Assembly (NCBI GenBank): GCA_019751945.1
Contig: JAIEMT010000007.1
Location: 2,608-66,607, forward strand
Direction: 5' to 3'
Source of the DNA: a bacterium
GTDB taxonomy: Bacteria > Bdellovibrionota > UBA1018
Length of the DNA stretch: 64,000 nucleotides
The translations under genes and the position numbers were made by a program. Below, piece by piece: positions 48,931-58,738 of the stretch; within the stretch, counting starts at the first letter, position 1; every line of letters starts with the position of its first letter. The notes under the pieces are model-generated. The model ran no database searches, was not told the origin of the DNA, and saw nothing but the letters and a program-made list of their open reading frames with translations.

Positions 48931-50046
48931 ATGCATTCTAACTCGGGGAAGTCTTTCTTTGGGTTAATGATCACAGGAGGCCTCCTGGCCTGCCTGGCAG
49001 GCGGACTTTACTTTGCGTACTACGCCTTGATGCCCGCAAAAGTAGGCCTCGATCGCCCTGAAGATAACATCATCATTCTCGTTAAAAAGGGGCAAAGTGG
49101 CCGCGAAATCGCCACCTTCTTAGCCAGCAAAAACATCGTTTCGAGCGGCCGAAAATTTCTGATGATTGGGAAGTTTTTGGGCAAGGAAAACAGCATTCGC
49201 GTGGGCGAATATCAAGTCTCTCCCACCATGACCCCCATGAAAATTTGGTCGGTCATCACGAGCGGTGTCAGCCTGAGCCACCCCATCACAGTCCGTGAAG
49301 GCGAGAACATGTACGAGATCGCCGATGACATCGAAAGTAAGGGCCTGGGAACCAAGAAGGAGTTCCTTCAACTCTGTAAAAGTCGCGTCCTAATGCAGAA
49401 ACTCGACTTCAAGGAACCCTACCCGGTTTCCCTGGAAGGGTATCTTTTCCCGGAAACCTACTTCTTCAACCGCAGCATGAGCGCCGAAGAAATGATTAAG
49501 CAGATGGTTAAAAAGTTTCAGAGCGTCTGGACTCCGGAACTCGCGAAGCGCGCAGAGGACATGCGACTCACCAAACACCAAGTGGTCACGCTAGCGTCGA
49601 TTGTTGAAAAAGAAACGGGCGCTCCGAGCGAGCGGCCTCTGATTAGCTCTGTTTTCCACAATCGCCTGAACAAGAAGATGCGCCTTCAAAGCGATCCCAC
49701 GACGATCTACGGAATCTGGGAACAGTATAAAGGAAACTTGCATCGCAAGGACCTCCACACCCCCACGCCTTTTAATACCTACACCGTCGCGGCGCTTCCT
49801 TTGGGACCCATTTCGAATCCGGGACGAGAGGCGATCCGAGCAGCCCTATTTCCAGCTCAAAGCGACTTTCTCTATTTTGTCTCTCATAATGACGGGACCC
49901 ATCAGTTCTCTAAGACTTTCGCAGAACACAACAATGCTGTAATCAAGTTTCAGAAGGACCCGAACGCCCGAAAGGGAAAGAGCTGGCGTGACTTGAAAAA
50001 GAACAAGAGCCAGGCCCCCGCTTCGAAGCGAAGACAATCGAGTTAA
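48931..50046 (+). CDS. mltG: Endolytic murein transglycosylase (YceG-like)
   Basis: 371 aa. N-terminal TM helix, then a YceG-like domain (HPITVREGENMYEIAD...SVFHNRLNKKMRLQSDPTTIYG). Confidence 0.75.
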   Translation: MHSNSGKSFFGLMITGGLLACLAGGLYFAYYALMPAKVGLDRPEDNIIILVKKGQSGREIATFLASKNIVSSGRKFLMIGKFLGKENSIRVGEYQVSPTMTPMKIWSVITSGVSLSHPITVREGENMYEIADDIESKGLGTKKEFLQLCKSRVLMQKLDFKEPYPVSLEGYLFPETYFFNRSMSAEEMIKQMVKKFQSVWTPELAKRAEDMRLTKHQVVTLASIVEKETGAPSERPLISSVFHNRLNKKMRLQSDPTTIYGIWEQYKGNLHRKDLHTPTPFNTYTVAALPLGPISNPGREAIRAALFPAQSDFLYFVSHNDGTHQFSKTFAEHNNAVIKFQKDPNARKGKSWRDLKKNKSQAPASKRRQSS

Positions 50047-51542
50047 TGCGAATTGCCCTCATTGATCTAGGAACCAACTCCGTACGTTTTGACGTCCACC
50101 AATTCGGACCCGGTACACGCGTTCGTCTTCTACATCGTGAAAAAGTCATGGTTCGACTCGGGCAAGGGGTTTTTACGGCTGGGCAGCTCGATCCCAACGC
50201 CGTTCATCGCACGATTCATTCTTTCCGTGTTTTCAAAAGAATCTGCGAAGATCTGAATGTTCGAAAGATTGTAGCGATTGCCACGAGCGCTCTTCGCGAA
50301 GCATCGGACGGTGCCCAGTTTGTAAACGCAGTTCGAGAGGCTACCGGCATCGGTATTCGCATTATTTCAGGCCCTGAAGAAGCGCGGCTCATTGCAGTTG
50401 GAATTTTAGCGAATGAGAAAGTTCCCAAAGGGACATTCGGACTGATTGATATTGGTGGCGGCAGCACTGAGATTAGCATCTGTAAAAAGAAGAAAGTAAC
50501 GTTAAGCCAGAGTTTTCCACTGGGAACAGCACGCCTTCAGCAGCTCTTTTTAAAAGGAACTCCCCCGCACCCAGATGATATCGATCAGCTCCGCCAATAC
50601 ATTCGGCAGACTTTTCATTCTCAGATGAAGAAAAAGCGTTGGCCTAAAACCAAAGATTGGCTGGGATCCAGCGGAACGGTTCGTGCGGTTGCCCGAATTC
50701 TTCGAAAGAAAAAACAAAAGCACTTCGACTTGGAAGAGCTGCATGAACTGGTGAGGGCCATGAGTAAAATGACCACCACCCAACTTCTGGGTATTCCGGG
50801 AATGGAACCCAAGCGCGTGGACATGATTCTTCCTGGCTCAATTTTATTGGAAGAAGCGGCAAAGATTTTTGGATGCAAAAAAATTACCGCCACTGAATTC
50901 TCACTTCGTCACGGACTCCTAAGAGAGCAGCTAGAGATTGCCAAGAAAACCTTCCGATCCGGCGTCGCTCTTCACTTTGCCGACATTGAAGAAAAAGCCA
51001 AAAAGATGGGTTTGGACCCAGACGGCCTGAAACAGGAAAGACAGTTTGCGGAGAAGATTTTTGACCGGTTGCGGGCCATTCATGGGCTCGGTAAGGAATG
51101 GAAACCCTACCTCGGCGCAGCCATGATGTTACGAAATGCCGGACAAGCCGTGTCGATGATTGGCCACCAAGAACACTCTCACTATATCGTTAAGAATGCG
51201 CACTTCCCCTTTGCGGAAGACTGGGAAGCAGAGCTCATCGCAAAACTCTGCCTAAATCACGAACGCGCGAAGATCGAAGCGAAGGGAATACCTTTTAAAG
51301 GAAACTTGAAACTTCGGCGCACTTTTGTGAAACTCTTAGGGATTCTTTCTCTCGCCGACGCGCTTTCACCTGAGTCGGGGCCCCCAGTAAAACTCAAAAA
51401 AGTGAGTATTCAAAAGAAGTCGATCGAGATTGCCTTTTATTCCAACAAAGATTCTGGAGATATGGAATCCCTTCGCGTCCAGCAACGCCATGCCATCTAC
51501 TACCAAGCTTTTCGACGATCCGTAGCGGCATTCCCCACTTAG
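50046..51542 (+). CDS. ppx: Exopolyphosphatase / guanosine pentaphosphate phosphohydrolase (Ppx/GppA) with C-terminal HD domain
   Basis: 498 aa. MRIALIDLGTNSVRFDV and DIGGGSTE (ASKHA fold). C-terminal HD-type region (HSHYIVKNAHF). Confidence 0.75.
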   Translation: MRIALIDLGTNSVRFDVHQFGPGTRVRLLHREKVMVRLGQGVFTAGQLDPNAVHRTIHSFRVFKRICEDLNVRKIVAIATSALREASDGAQFVNAVREATGIGIRIISGPEEARLIAVGILANEKVPKGTFGLIDIGGGSTEISICKKKKVTLSQSFPLGTARLQQLFLKGTPPHPDDIDQLRQYIRQTFHSQMKKKRWPKTKDWLGSSGTVRAVARILRKKKQKHFDLEELHELVRAMSKMTTTQLLGIPGMEPKRVDMILPGSILLEEAAKIFGCKKITATEFSLRHGLLREQLEIAKKTFRSGVALHFADIEEKAKKMGLDPDGLKQERQFAEKIFDRLRAIHGLGKEWKPYLGAAMMLRNAGQAVSMIGHQEHSHYIVKNAHFPFAEDWEAELIAKLCLNHERAKIEAKGIPFKGNLKLRRTFVKLLGILSLADALSPESGPPVKLKKVSIQKKSIEIAFYSNKDSGDMESLRVQQRHAIYYQAFRRSVAAFPT

Positions 51543-51629
51543 GAATAAAACGGCTTTTTTTGTTTACTACTGGGCTTTCTTAGGTTGTTTCTCTATGATT
51601 AAAAAGTTCGTCAATTTGGAGAACCTAGC

Positions 51630-53168
51630 TTGTCCCGGTCGGACCTTTTGGAAGTTTCATTTCTAATTCCAGCACACCGTGCTGAGTCTCAACTGCAAAA
51701 CACGGTTGAGAAAGTACACCACTATCTTCAATCGAACTATCCGGGATCTTTTGAAATCATTCTTGTGCCCAACGGAAATAAGCAGGCCCAAGATCTTACC
51801 CTCGAAGCTGCAGAAAAATTGTCGCAAAAGTTTCCGGAAGTAAAAACCTGCAAGACTGCATTGAAGCTCGGCGGAAAAGGCGTTGCATTAAAAAATGGAT
51901 TTTTCGCGTCTCGTGGAAAAAGAATTTTTTTCTCCGACGCCGACCTTCCCTATGACTTGAATTTCTTCGACGAAGCAAAAATCTTGATGGATCAAGGATA
52001 CGAGTTCATCACCGGGAATCGCAGACTTCCCAATAGTCGCTTTACGCTTCCGGTTTCGGTGTTACCACTTGCTTACAAGAGACATCGCCTTGGCCTAGAA
52101 TTTAATAGCCTCGCTAGAATGCTTTTTCCAATTCAGTCGCGCGATACACAAGCTGGCATCAAGGCCATGAGTCGCGCGTTTGCTGAAAAAGCTTTTCAAC
52201 GAATGATCTGCGACGGATTTCTTTTTGATGTGGAGTTTTTCTTAGTCGCCAAAGAATTTGAGACTAAACGAGCAGAACTCCCGATTCATCTTTATTTGAA
52301 CCACGAAAAAACCACCGTTCGTATCTTTCACGAAACGCTTTCTATTGGACCCATGCTGGGTCGAATTTTGAAAAATTACTATCAAGGTCATTACGGTAGG
52401 CTTTCAAGTTCAGACCCCAGTAACAATCTTCTTCCACGCAACCTCACCGTCACAGGTGATGACTGGGGAATGTCCCCCGCGATTAACCGCGGGATTCTGG
52501 ATCTCGCTCGAAGAAAAATTCTCAACCGCGTCTCGGTCATTGTGGATGCGCCGTTTGCAAGTTTTCTCATGAAAGAGCTACTTGAAATTCCTCAGGTGCA
52601 AATCGGTCTCCATTTTAATCTTACTTATCGAACCCGGTTTTCATCACCCGGCAAACTTATCGCTCATGGATTGAACCCTTTTCGGAAAAAAGGCGAATGG
52701 GAAGCCTGGGTGCGCTCAGAGTTCTCAAGGCAGCTCGAAAAACTCTTCGGACTCATTCCCACCGTTTCTCATATTGACGGCCATCACCACGTTCATATTT
52801 ATCCTGGCATCGTAGAACAGATCGTACCCCTCGCTAAAGCGAGGGGCGTTCTAGATATGCGTTTACCGGCCGATCCCGCACTGTGGAAAACTCCGAAGGT
52901 CTTGCTGCTCATCTTTTCTCTTTGGGCCAAGTTTCAATTTGATCGAAACGGAATCAAATATAAGCCCTGTTTTTATCCGCAATCAAAAGACTTCGAGTCG
53001 GGCAATCGTCTTTATCGAGCGCTTGCAAATAAACAGGGCTACGAAATCATTCTCCACCCAGCTGACGAGGATGACTTAAAAGCAAACGCTTGCGAAGACT
53101 CCTACACCTATCAACGTGTCACTGAGTTCAAAGCCTTTGGAAATATTTTAGGGAACTCAGGGGCCTAA
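51630..53168 (+). CDS. Fusion: GT2 polyprenyl-phosphate sugar transferase (DPM1/ArnC-like) + YdjC/ChbG-type carbohydrate deacetylase
   Basis: 512 aa. N-terminal half has GT2 motifs (FFSDADLPY as DXD; DTQAGIK, compare D-T/S-Q-x-G-F-K of ArnC/DPM1). C-terminal half has YdjC signatures (TGDDWGMSPAINRGIL, compare NADDFG; SHIDGHHHVH, compare HxDxHxHxH). Confidence 0.6.
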   Translation: MSRSDLLEVSFLIPAHRAESQLQNTVEKVHHYLQSNYPGSFEIILVPNGNKQAQDLTLEAAEKLSQKFPEVKTCKTALKLGGKGVALKNGFFASRGKRIFFSDADLPYDLNFFDEAKILMDQGYEFITGNRRLPNSRFTLPVSVLPLAYKRHRLGLEFNSLARMLFPIQSRDTQAGIKAMSRAFAEKAFQRMICDGFLFDVEFFLVAKEFETKRAELPIHLYLNHEKTTVRIFHETLSIGPMLGRILKNYYQGHYGRLSSSDPSNNLLPRNLTVTGDDWGMSPAINRGILDLARRKILNRVSVIVDAPFASFLMKELLEIPQVQIGLHFNLTYRTRFSSPGKLIAHGLNPFRKKGEWEAWVRSEFSRQLEKLFGLIPTVSHIDGHHHVHIYPGIVEQIVPLAKARGVLDMRLPADPALWKTPKVLLLIFSLWAKFQFDRNGIKYKPCFYPQSKDFESGNRLYRALANKQGYEIILHPADEDDLKANACEDSYTYQRVTEFKAFGNILGNSGA

Positions 53169-53171
53169 ATC

Positions 53172-54362
53172 TTGAAACTAGGAAAGCTTTCTAAAGTTCT
53201 GATCATTTTTGCTGGACTTGTCTTCTTCTATTCCACCGCTCTTTATATTGATCGCCTTCACGAAGACATTCCGAGCGATTTTAAAGTTTATTATAAAGCA
53301 TCCAATAGAATGGCCTCTCACAAATGGGACGATATCTATTCCGTCCAAGATGGAAGGATGCCTTTTAGATACTCTCCCTCCACGCTCATTCTTTTTACAC
53401 CTCTGTCCACCCTACCCAGAGTTCCCGCCAATCAAATCTGGTGCTTTTTGCAAGCTGGGCTTTTTGCTTTAGGGCTGTATTTTATTTATAGGACCCTCAA
53501 GGACCTTCGAACAGAAAATCCACTCCTGATCGTTGCAATTACTTTTCTGCTTGTTGTTCGCTATTATATGGACGCTCTGTTCTCGGGCCAAATCTTTGGA
53601 ATGATGTTTGCGGGCTTCGCTGCCGGACTTTACTTCTGGCAGCGCTCTCAACAAGCTGGTGCGAGCGCTGTGTTGTTTTTACCTGTGGCCGCAAAACTGG
53701 TTCCCGGGACAACCTACATCCTGGCTCTTTGCCAAGGTGGTTTGAAGAAAAACTGGAAAACTATTTTTGGAATTCCCGCTCTTTTAGTGGTCGTCACGAA
53801 TCTGCTACTTCTTTTCTGGACCAAGAGCTTCAGCGTCATTGGTTCGCTTTGGTATCAATGGTGCTCCGTAGTTCTCAATGACAAGGACACTTACGACGCC
53901 CGCATTTCGCGCAGCCAATCCTTTCGATCGGCTCTGTTGCGCTGGTTCGGCGAAGGTCCCCGTGTCGAGTGCTTATGGAGCTCAATCTTTGTTTTGGGGA
54001 TCGCCTTCTTAGTTTATTTGTGGGTCAGCAGAACGCCGAAAGATCCGCGTGGAAAAGCCTTGGGATATTCGTTAGCAGTTCTGGGATTTGTCATTCTCAT
54101 GCCCCAATCCCTTCCCTATGCGTTTGCGCATCTCGCTCTCCCAGTTGCGATTTTACTTTCAGAGCTTCATTCTAAAAAACTGAATCTCAAGATCATCGCC
54201 TTGATGGTGCTGTTTTTTGTGTTCTGTTCTTTGCCAGGAACTACTGTGGTTGGATTTCAAATCGCAGATGCCATTCAGATTTGGTCGATTCCCTGCCTGG
54301 TCGTAGTCGGCCTAGCTGCAATGACTGTGCGCCTCTACTGGAAGCACTCTCGGCCTCAGTGA
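53172..54362 (+). CDS. GT-C membrane glycosyltransferase (DUF2029 / GT87-like, polyprenyl-P-sugar dependent)
   Basis: 396 aa, about 10 TM segments. First periplasmic loop DFKVYYKASNRMASHKWDDIYSVQDGRMPFRYSP fits the DUF2029/PimE-type consensus (DF..Y..A...IY.....PF.YPP). Starts 4 nt after the fusion gene. Confidence 0.45.
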   Translation: MKLGKLSKVLIIFAGLVFFYSTALYIDRLHEDIPSDFKVYYKASNRMASHKWDDIYSVQDGRMPFRYSPSTLILFTPLSTLPRVPANQIWCFLQAGLFALGLYFIYRTLKDLRTENPLLIVAITFLLVVRYYMDALFSGQIFGMMFAGFAAGLYFWQRSQQAGASAVLFLPVAAKLVPGTTYILALCQGGLKKNWKTIFGIPALLVVVTNLLLLFWTKSFSVIGSLWYQWCSVVLNDKDTYDARISRSQSFRSALLRWFGEGPRVECLWSSIFVLGIAFLVYLWVSRTPKDPRGKALGYSLAVLGFVILMPQSLPYAFAHLALPVAILLSELHSKKLNLKIIALMVLFFVFCSLPGTTVVGFQIADAIQIWSIPCLVVVGLAAMTVRLYWKHSRPQ

Positions 54363-54859
54363 ATCGTAGCTCTCTTGATGGCCCCACCTAGTAAAATGAG
54401 AAGCGGAATGTGAATGAGCGACGCTAAAAAATCGACTGAAGAAAACTGGCGCAGCTTCAAAGGCGAAAGCCCGCAGGCAATGTAAATGGGCGCTCGAACA
54501 TACGGCGTGAAGCGGGTGACAAAGACAATCCAGAAGCGTCTTTTTTTTACTTTTTCTAGAGATGCCTCCACCTTGTCGGCATTTACAAACCAGACGAAAG
54601 GTTTGCGCTTCAGCGCACCCTTTCCAATATATTTCGAGAGAGAGAAAATAAATGCGTTCGCAGGCAACAACCCGATAGTAACTGCGAGCCAAGCCTCAAA
54701 GAATCCGACCCGGCCTTGACTCCAAGCCATTCCCAACGCCAGCATAATCACTTCTTCAGGAAAAATGGTGAGGATCGCTCCTTGCAAAAGAAGCCAAATC
54801 ACTAGTAAATCAATTTGCCAATGGGTCAGCTGTTGAAGCTGATGAAGAAGAGATTCCAA
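54356..54859 (-). CDS. DedA/SNARE-associated family membrane protein
   Basis: 167 aa. DedA core VTRFTPYVRAPIYIACGLS. Convergent with, and overlapping by 7 nt, the GT-C gene. Confidence 0.55.
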   Translation of the reverse strand: MESLLHQLQQLTHWQIDLLVIWLLLQGAILTIFPEEVIMLALGMAWSQGRVGFFEAWLAVTIGLLPANAFIFSLSKYIGKGALKRKPFVWFVNADKVEASLEKVKKRRFWIVFVTRFTPYVRAPIYIACGLSPLKLRQFSSVDFLASLIHIPLLILLGGAIKRATIH

Positions 54860-55327
54860 TTAGTCCCGCTTCTTTCTGACAACATCTTGAATGAGCCAAG
54901 TGAGACGAACCTGCGTTCCCACAGATTCGATTTCAACCCATCCGGCCTTCTTAATATCGATCACTGCACCCGTGAGAATTTGAACGCACTCGGGAATCCA
55001 ATCCCCATGAGAACAAGCGACGGTTAACTCGGAAGCCGACGGACCCCGCCACCAATCCGCAAATTTCTGGGCGCGGGAACGAAGACCTAGGCCTTCACCG
55101 AGTTCATCGCGGACTTCTACTTTGTCAGAAATAGCCTGAATCGTTTCCATGCACCGTTTTTTCGGACTACTCAGAAAAGTGGCCTCAGACGAGTCAAAAT
55201 AGTCGTGAAAGTACTTCGCCACTTCTTTGGCTTGTTTCTTCCCCTTGTCACTCAAGCCATTATCGACCTGGGGACCCAGAAGCTTTTCTCTATGCGCGTG
55301 GCGAATGAGCACCAGTGTTTTGCTCAA
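54860..55327 (-). CDS. Histidine phosphatase superfamily protein (SixA-like phosphohistidine phosphatase)
   Basis: 155 aa. RHG-type motif LVLIRHAHREK, overall SixA length. Overlaps the 3' end of ppk by 38 nt. Confidence 0.55.
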   Translation of the reverse strand: MSKTLVLIRHAHREKLLGPQVDNGLSDKGKKQAKEVAKYFHDYFDSSEATFLSSPKKRCMETIQAISDKVEVRDELGEGLGLRSRAQKFADWWRGPSASELTVACSHGDWIPECVQILTGAVIDIKKAGWVEIESVGTQVRLTWLIQDVVRKKRD

Positions 55328-57425
55328 GAGGTGTTCCTTTATAAACGGTGTCGGCTAGTTCTTGGAGTCGCTGCTGCGAACGAAGCGGCTCCTGTCCTGC
55401 GGCTATGCTTCGCTTCTTCCAAACGCCGTCAGAAGTGAGTTCGCGTCCTTTGACTCTATCCCCTAAATAGGCGGGGATCACTACTTTTTCTAGATGCTGG
55501 TAAAGACGCTCATCTAAAACCGGAAACGCAAGCTCTAAGCGCGAATAAAAATTTCTGGGCATCCAATCCGCGCTCGAGAGATAAAGGGTCTTCGTTGTTT
55601 CAAAAAAGTAGATTCGACTGTGCTCTAAGAATCGATCAACAATGCTGACAACCCGAATATTTTCGCTGAGGTTCTTCACTCCCGGAATCAGGGAACAGGC
55701 CCCTCTCACAATGAGGTCAATTTTCACCCCTGCCTGAGAAGCGTCATAGAGGCGCTGAATAACGGCTTCATCAACCAGAGCATTCAATTTCACGACAATT
55801 CGCCCGGGCTTTCCACTTTTCACGGCAGTGACTTCGTTATCAATCAATTGAATAATACGACGGTGAAGTTTGGTTGGCGCATGAATCAACCTCTTAAAGG
55901 CTTGAGGAATCTTTCCCCCATAAAGAGAATCAAAAAAGACGCGAGCGTCTTCACCGACAATGGGGTCGGCCGTGAGTATCGCTAAATCCGTGTACTGACG
56001 GGCCGTGACGGAATTGTAATTCCCTGTAGAGAGATGGGTGTAGCGTCTTTCAATCCCGCCCTCCATTCGCGTCACCAGAGTCACCTTGGCGTGAACTTTC
56101 AAGTCTCCAAAACCAAATGTGACCAAAACTCCCGCCTTACGAAGTTCATCAGCAAGTCGCAGATTGTTTAGTTCATCAAAGCGTGCACGAAGTTCAATGA
56201 CAACGCGCACCTTCTTACGCAAGCAAGCGGACTTCAATAGTTCGATCACCGGAGAAAGCGCATCCATTCGGTAAACGGTCATTTCAATACTGGTGACATC
56301 GGGATCTTTACAAGACGCTTCAATCCACTTCACATAGGCATCAAACGAATCGTAGGGATGATGCAGAAGAAAGTCCCGCGTGGAAAGTTGCTGAAAAATT
56401 TTTTCAGTTTTTCTGAATTCCACGGGAATCGGAGGATGCACCGGCGGATAAACCATTTCCGACCTCTCTAAAAGTTGCGCCGGCAGTATTCCCAAGGAAG
56501 ACCAAAGTCCGTTGAAGCAGTAGGTCTTCTGCGCACGGTAAACTTGTTGAGACTTTAGCTTAAAGACTCCCTGGATAGATGAAACTCTCTCCTGAGTTTT
56601 TTTGTCCCACTGCTTGCACTGAAATTGAAGACGAATGGGTCGACCTTTTTCGCGCTTCCCAAGGCCCGATCGAATGACATCGGGAATGGACTCCGAATCT
56701 TCTTCATCGAAGTCGACGGTTAAATCAGCGTCACGCGTGAGACGGATCACCACTGGGTGACCGGTGACACCAAAGGCCTCCCCCAGAAACCGCGAGAGCA
56801 ACACATCTAGGAAAAACAGGTAAGTCTTTCCAGTTCCGCTATCTGTAAAAACCAAGACAGGTTTTATTTTTTTGGGAATTCGAAACCAGCGACCGGAATC
56901 ATAAATCACGGCCGACTGAAGGTTCTCGAGCAAATTTAAATCTTTCGCCTTGTAGGTTTCAGGTGCCTGTAGCTCTGGAAGAATGTCGCGTTCAAAGGTG
57001 GCTTTAGCAGCCGCCACAAGCGATTCACTAGTTCCCAGATCGAAGACGAGTTGTACGCCCTGGGGCTCCAACTCTTTAGAAAGAGTTTCGGCGGTCTTGG
57101 ATTGATCAACAGCAAACTTTTGAACGGCATTGAGAATCTGAGTTTGGATCTGCGTGAGACGTGTGGCTGAGCTGCGTTCGCCTTTTCGCGTGGCCAACGA
57201 AATACTTCGGCGAAGTGAGGCCATTCGAATCATAAAAAATTCGTCGAGATTCGATACCGAAATGGCTAAAAATTTCACCCGCTCTAGGAGCGGGTTGCTG
57301 GCATCTTTCGCCTCGGAAAGGACGCGCTCATTAAACTGTAACCAACTGAGATCTCGATGAATGAATGGCTTTGCAGGGTCCGAGAGAAGTGGTCTGAGGC
57401 GAGGAGAAAGTCTAAAAGCGTCCAT
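55290..57425 (-). CDS. ppk: Polyphosphate kinase 1
   Basis: 711 aa. PPK1 N-terminus (FIHRDLSWLQFNERVLSEA), two PLD-like HKD-type domains (HAKVTLV). Confidence 0.85.
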   Translation of the reverse strand: MDAFRLSPRLRPLLSDPAKPFIHRDLSWLQFNERVLSEAKDASNPLLERVKFLAISVSNLDEFFMIRMASLRRSISLATRKGERSSATRLTQIQTQILNAVQKFAVDQSKTAETLSKELEPQGVQLVFDLGTSESLVAAAKATFERDILPELQAPETYKAKDLNLLENLQSAVIYDSGRWFRIPKKIKPVLVFTDSGTGKTYLFFLDVLLSRFLGEAFGVTGHPVVIRLTRDADLTVDFDEEDSESIPDVIRSGLGKREKGRPIRLQFQCKQWDKKTQERVSSIQGVFKLKSQQVYRAQKTYCFNGLWSSLGILPAQLLERSEMVYPPVHPPIPVEFRKTEKIFQQLSTRDFLLHHPYDSFDAYVKWIEASCKDPDVTSIEMTVYRMDALSPVIELLKSACLRKKVRVVIELRARFDELNNLRLADELRKAGVLVTFGFGDLKVHAKVTLVTRMEGGIERRYTHLSTGNYNSVTARQYTDLAILTADPIVGEDARVFFDSLYGGKIPQAFKRLIHAPTKLHRRIIQLIDNEVTAVKSGKPGRIVVKLNALVDEAVIQRLYDASQAGVKIDLIVRGACSLIPGVKNLSENIRVVSIVDRFLEHSRIYFFETTKTLYLSSADWMPRNFYSRLELAFPVLDERLYQHLEKVVIPAYLGDRVKGRELTSDGVWKKRSIAAGQEPLRSQQRLQELADTVYKGTPLEQNTGAHSPRA

Positions 57426-57518
57426 ATACGTCTACAGCGAGTAAACCACATCTATGTAGGCTCAAAGCGAAAGGGAGTCAATCTTGTCTGAATCCTAATA
57501 GAGTGAACAGAGGTGAAA

Positions 57519-58115
57519 TTAGGCGTACTGCAGGAGGAATTCTGGCTCTTTGACCAGGAATGGAAAAATGGGATTCACATAGGACGCTTCCAGGTCCAGG
57601 AGCCATTGTTTCATCTTCAGCTCCGGGTCTGCCTGGCCCGATTTCCCCATAAAACCGCCGATATTGCTGGCTGCAACGACCCGATGGCAGGGAATCAAGA
57701 TCGGAAGGGGATTCTTTTTTAGAGCTTGCCCCACCGCTCGTGCCGCGGGAGTTATTCCATTCTTGTGAGTTCTCATGGCTACCCAAGAATAGGTTCGGGT
57801 TTCACCATAAGGAATATGCGTAATGGCATCATACACGCGCTTCTGAAAATCGCTGAATTCCGATGAATCAATGGAGTCCCAAGACAGCGGAGCGATAGGT
57901 CCGCCTTTTTCTAAGTAAGCCTTCAGCGAATCAATTGCATGAGCCACGTTTGAAGGAAGTGGCGTGCGCGAAAGTAAATTCCAAAGGGGCACGCCATCGG
58001 TGGTCGTATTCAATTCGACCTGGCTGAGTGTGCCGTTTTCTCCCCACTTCACTGTGACGTTTCCAAATGGAACGCGAAACTGGGCGTGATTCATTCTTCT
58101 TCGAATGTAAAGCAA
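57519..58115 (-). CDS. ogt: Methylated-DNA-protein-cysteine methyltransferase
   Basis: Active-site PCHRVV motif (ILIPCHRVVAASNIGGF) and preceding YGETRTYSWVA helix-turn-helix region. The N-terminal few codons may be over-extended. Confidence 0.65.
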   Translation of the reverse strand: MLYIRRRMNHAQFRVPFGNVTVKWGENGTLSQVELNTTTDGVPLWNLLSRTPLPSNVAHAIDSLKAYLEKGGPIAPLSWDSIDSSEFSDFQKRVYDAITHIPYGETRTYSWVAMRTHKNGITPAARAVGQALKKNPLPILIPCHRVVAASNIGGFMGKSGQADPELKMKQWLLDLEASYVNPIFPFLVKEPEFLLQYA

Positions 58116-58555
58116 GAACCCGCGATACGAAAGGCTATTTTAGCAAAATCCCGATACTCCAATTCCTCGTTCACCGTCGAGTAGACCCGGTACTTGTCCC
58201 AAAATGAAAGCTCACAGTAATTGGTTCGTTCGTAACATGTGACGTGTGACGAAAGAGCAACGCTACGAGCTTCACGACAAGAACCCGCGCGAGAATTTTC
58301 TATCTCTTGTTGCAGACAAGCTTTGACTTCAGAGAGCCACGTTTGTCCACCCGCAGAGTATTCGGATTTTCGCGTTTCAAATTTCTGACAGTACCGATAA
58401 CCAAACTCGAGATAGTACCCTTCGGCACCACAAGCAGAGTTCGACTCCTTACAAAGGTAGTAGTCGCAGGTTCCGATAAACTTAGAACAATCATCAAAGA
58501 TTTTTGAATGCGCCTCAGCGAACCACGCTGAGAGCAGGAATAGAACGATCCCCAT
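58091..58555 (-). CDS. Secreted Cys-rich hypothetical protein
   Basis: 154 aa with a signal peptide (MGIVLFLLSAWFAEA) and 10 Cys. Confidence 0.3.
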   Translation of the reverse strand: MGIVLFLLSAWFAEAHSKIFDDCSKFIGTCDYYLCKESNSACGAEGYYLEFGYRYCQKFETRKSEYSAGGQTWLSEVKACLQQEIENSRAGSCREARSVALSSHVTCYERTNYCELSFWDKYRVYSTVNEELEYRDFAKIAFRIAGSCFTFEEE

Positions 58556-58738
58556 TTCCTCTTTCCCCCGAAAGACGGTTCTCTATTCGCTCAGTTCTGT
58601 GATAAGAAAAAGCGAAATCGACTACTGCAGCGTGCTGACAGCTTGCGCAAGTTTTTCGCTTTATTTTCGCTTGTTTATGCGTTTTTGAAATTGTAATGTG
58701 CCCCTGGCTTTTTTTAAGCCTGGGGGGAGAGAAATTCT

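Noticed and set aside
51542-51630. Possible intrinsic terminator after ppx (AAAACGGCTTTTTTTGTTT)
   Set aside because: There is a T-tract but no convincing GC-rich stem precedes it. Not called.
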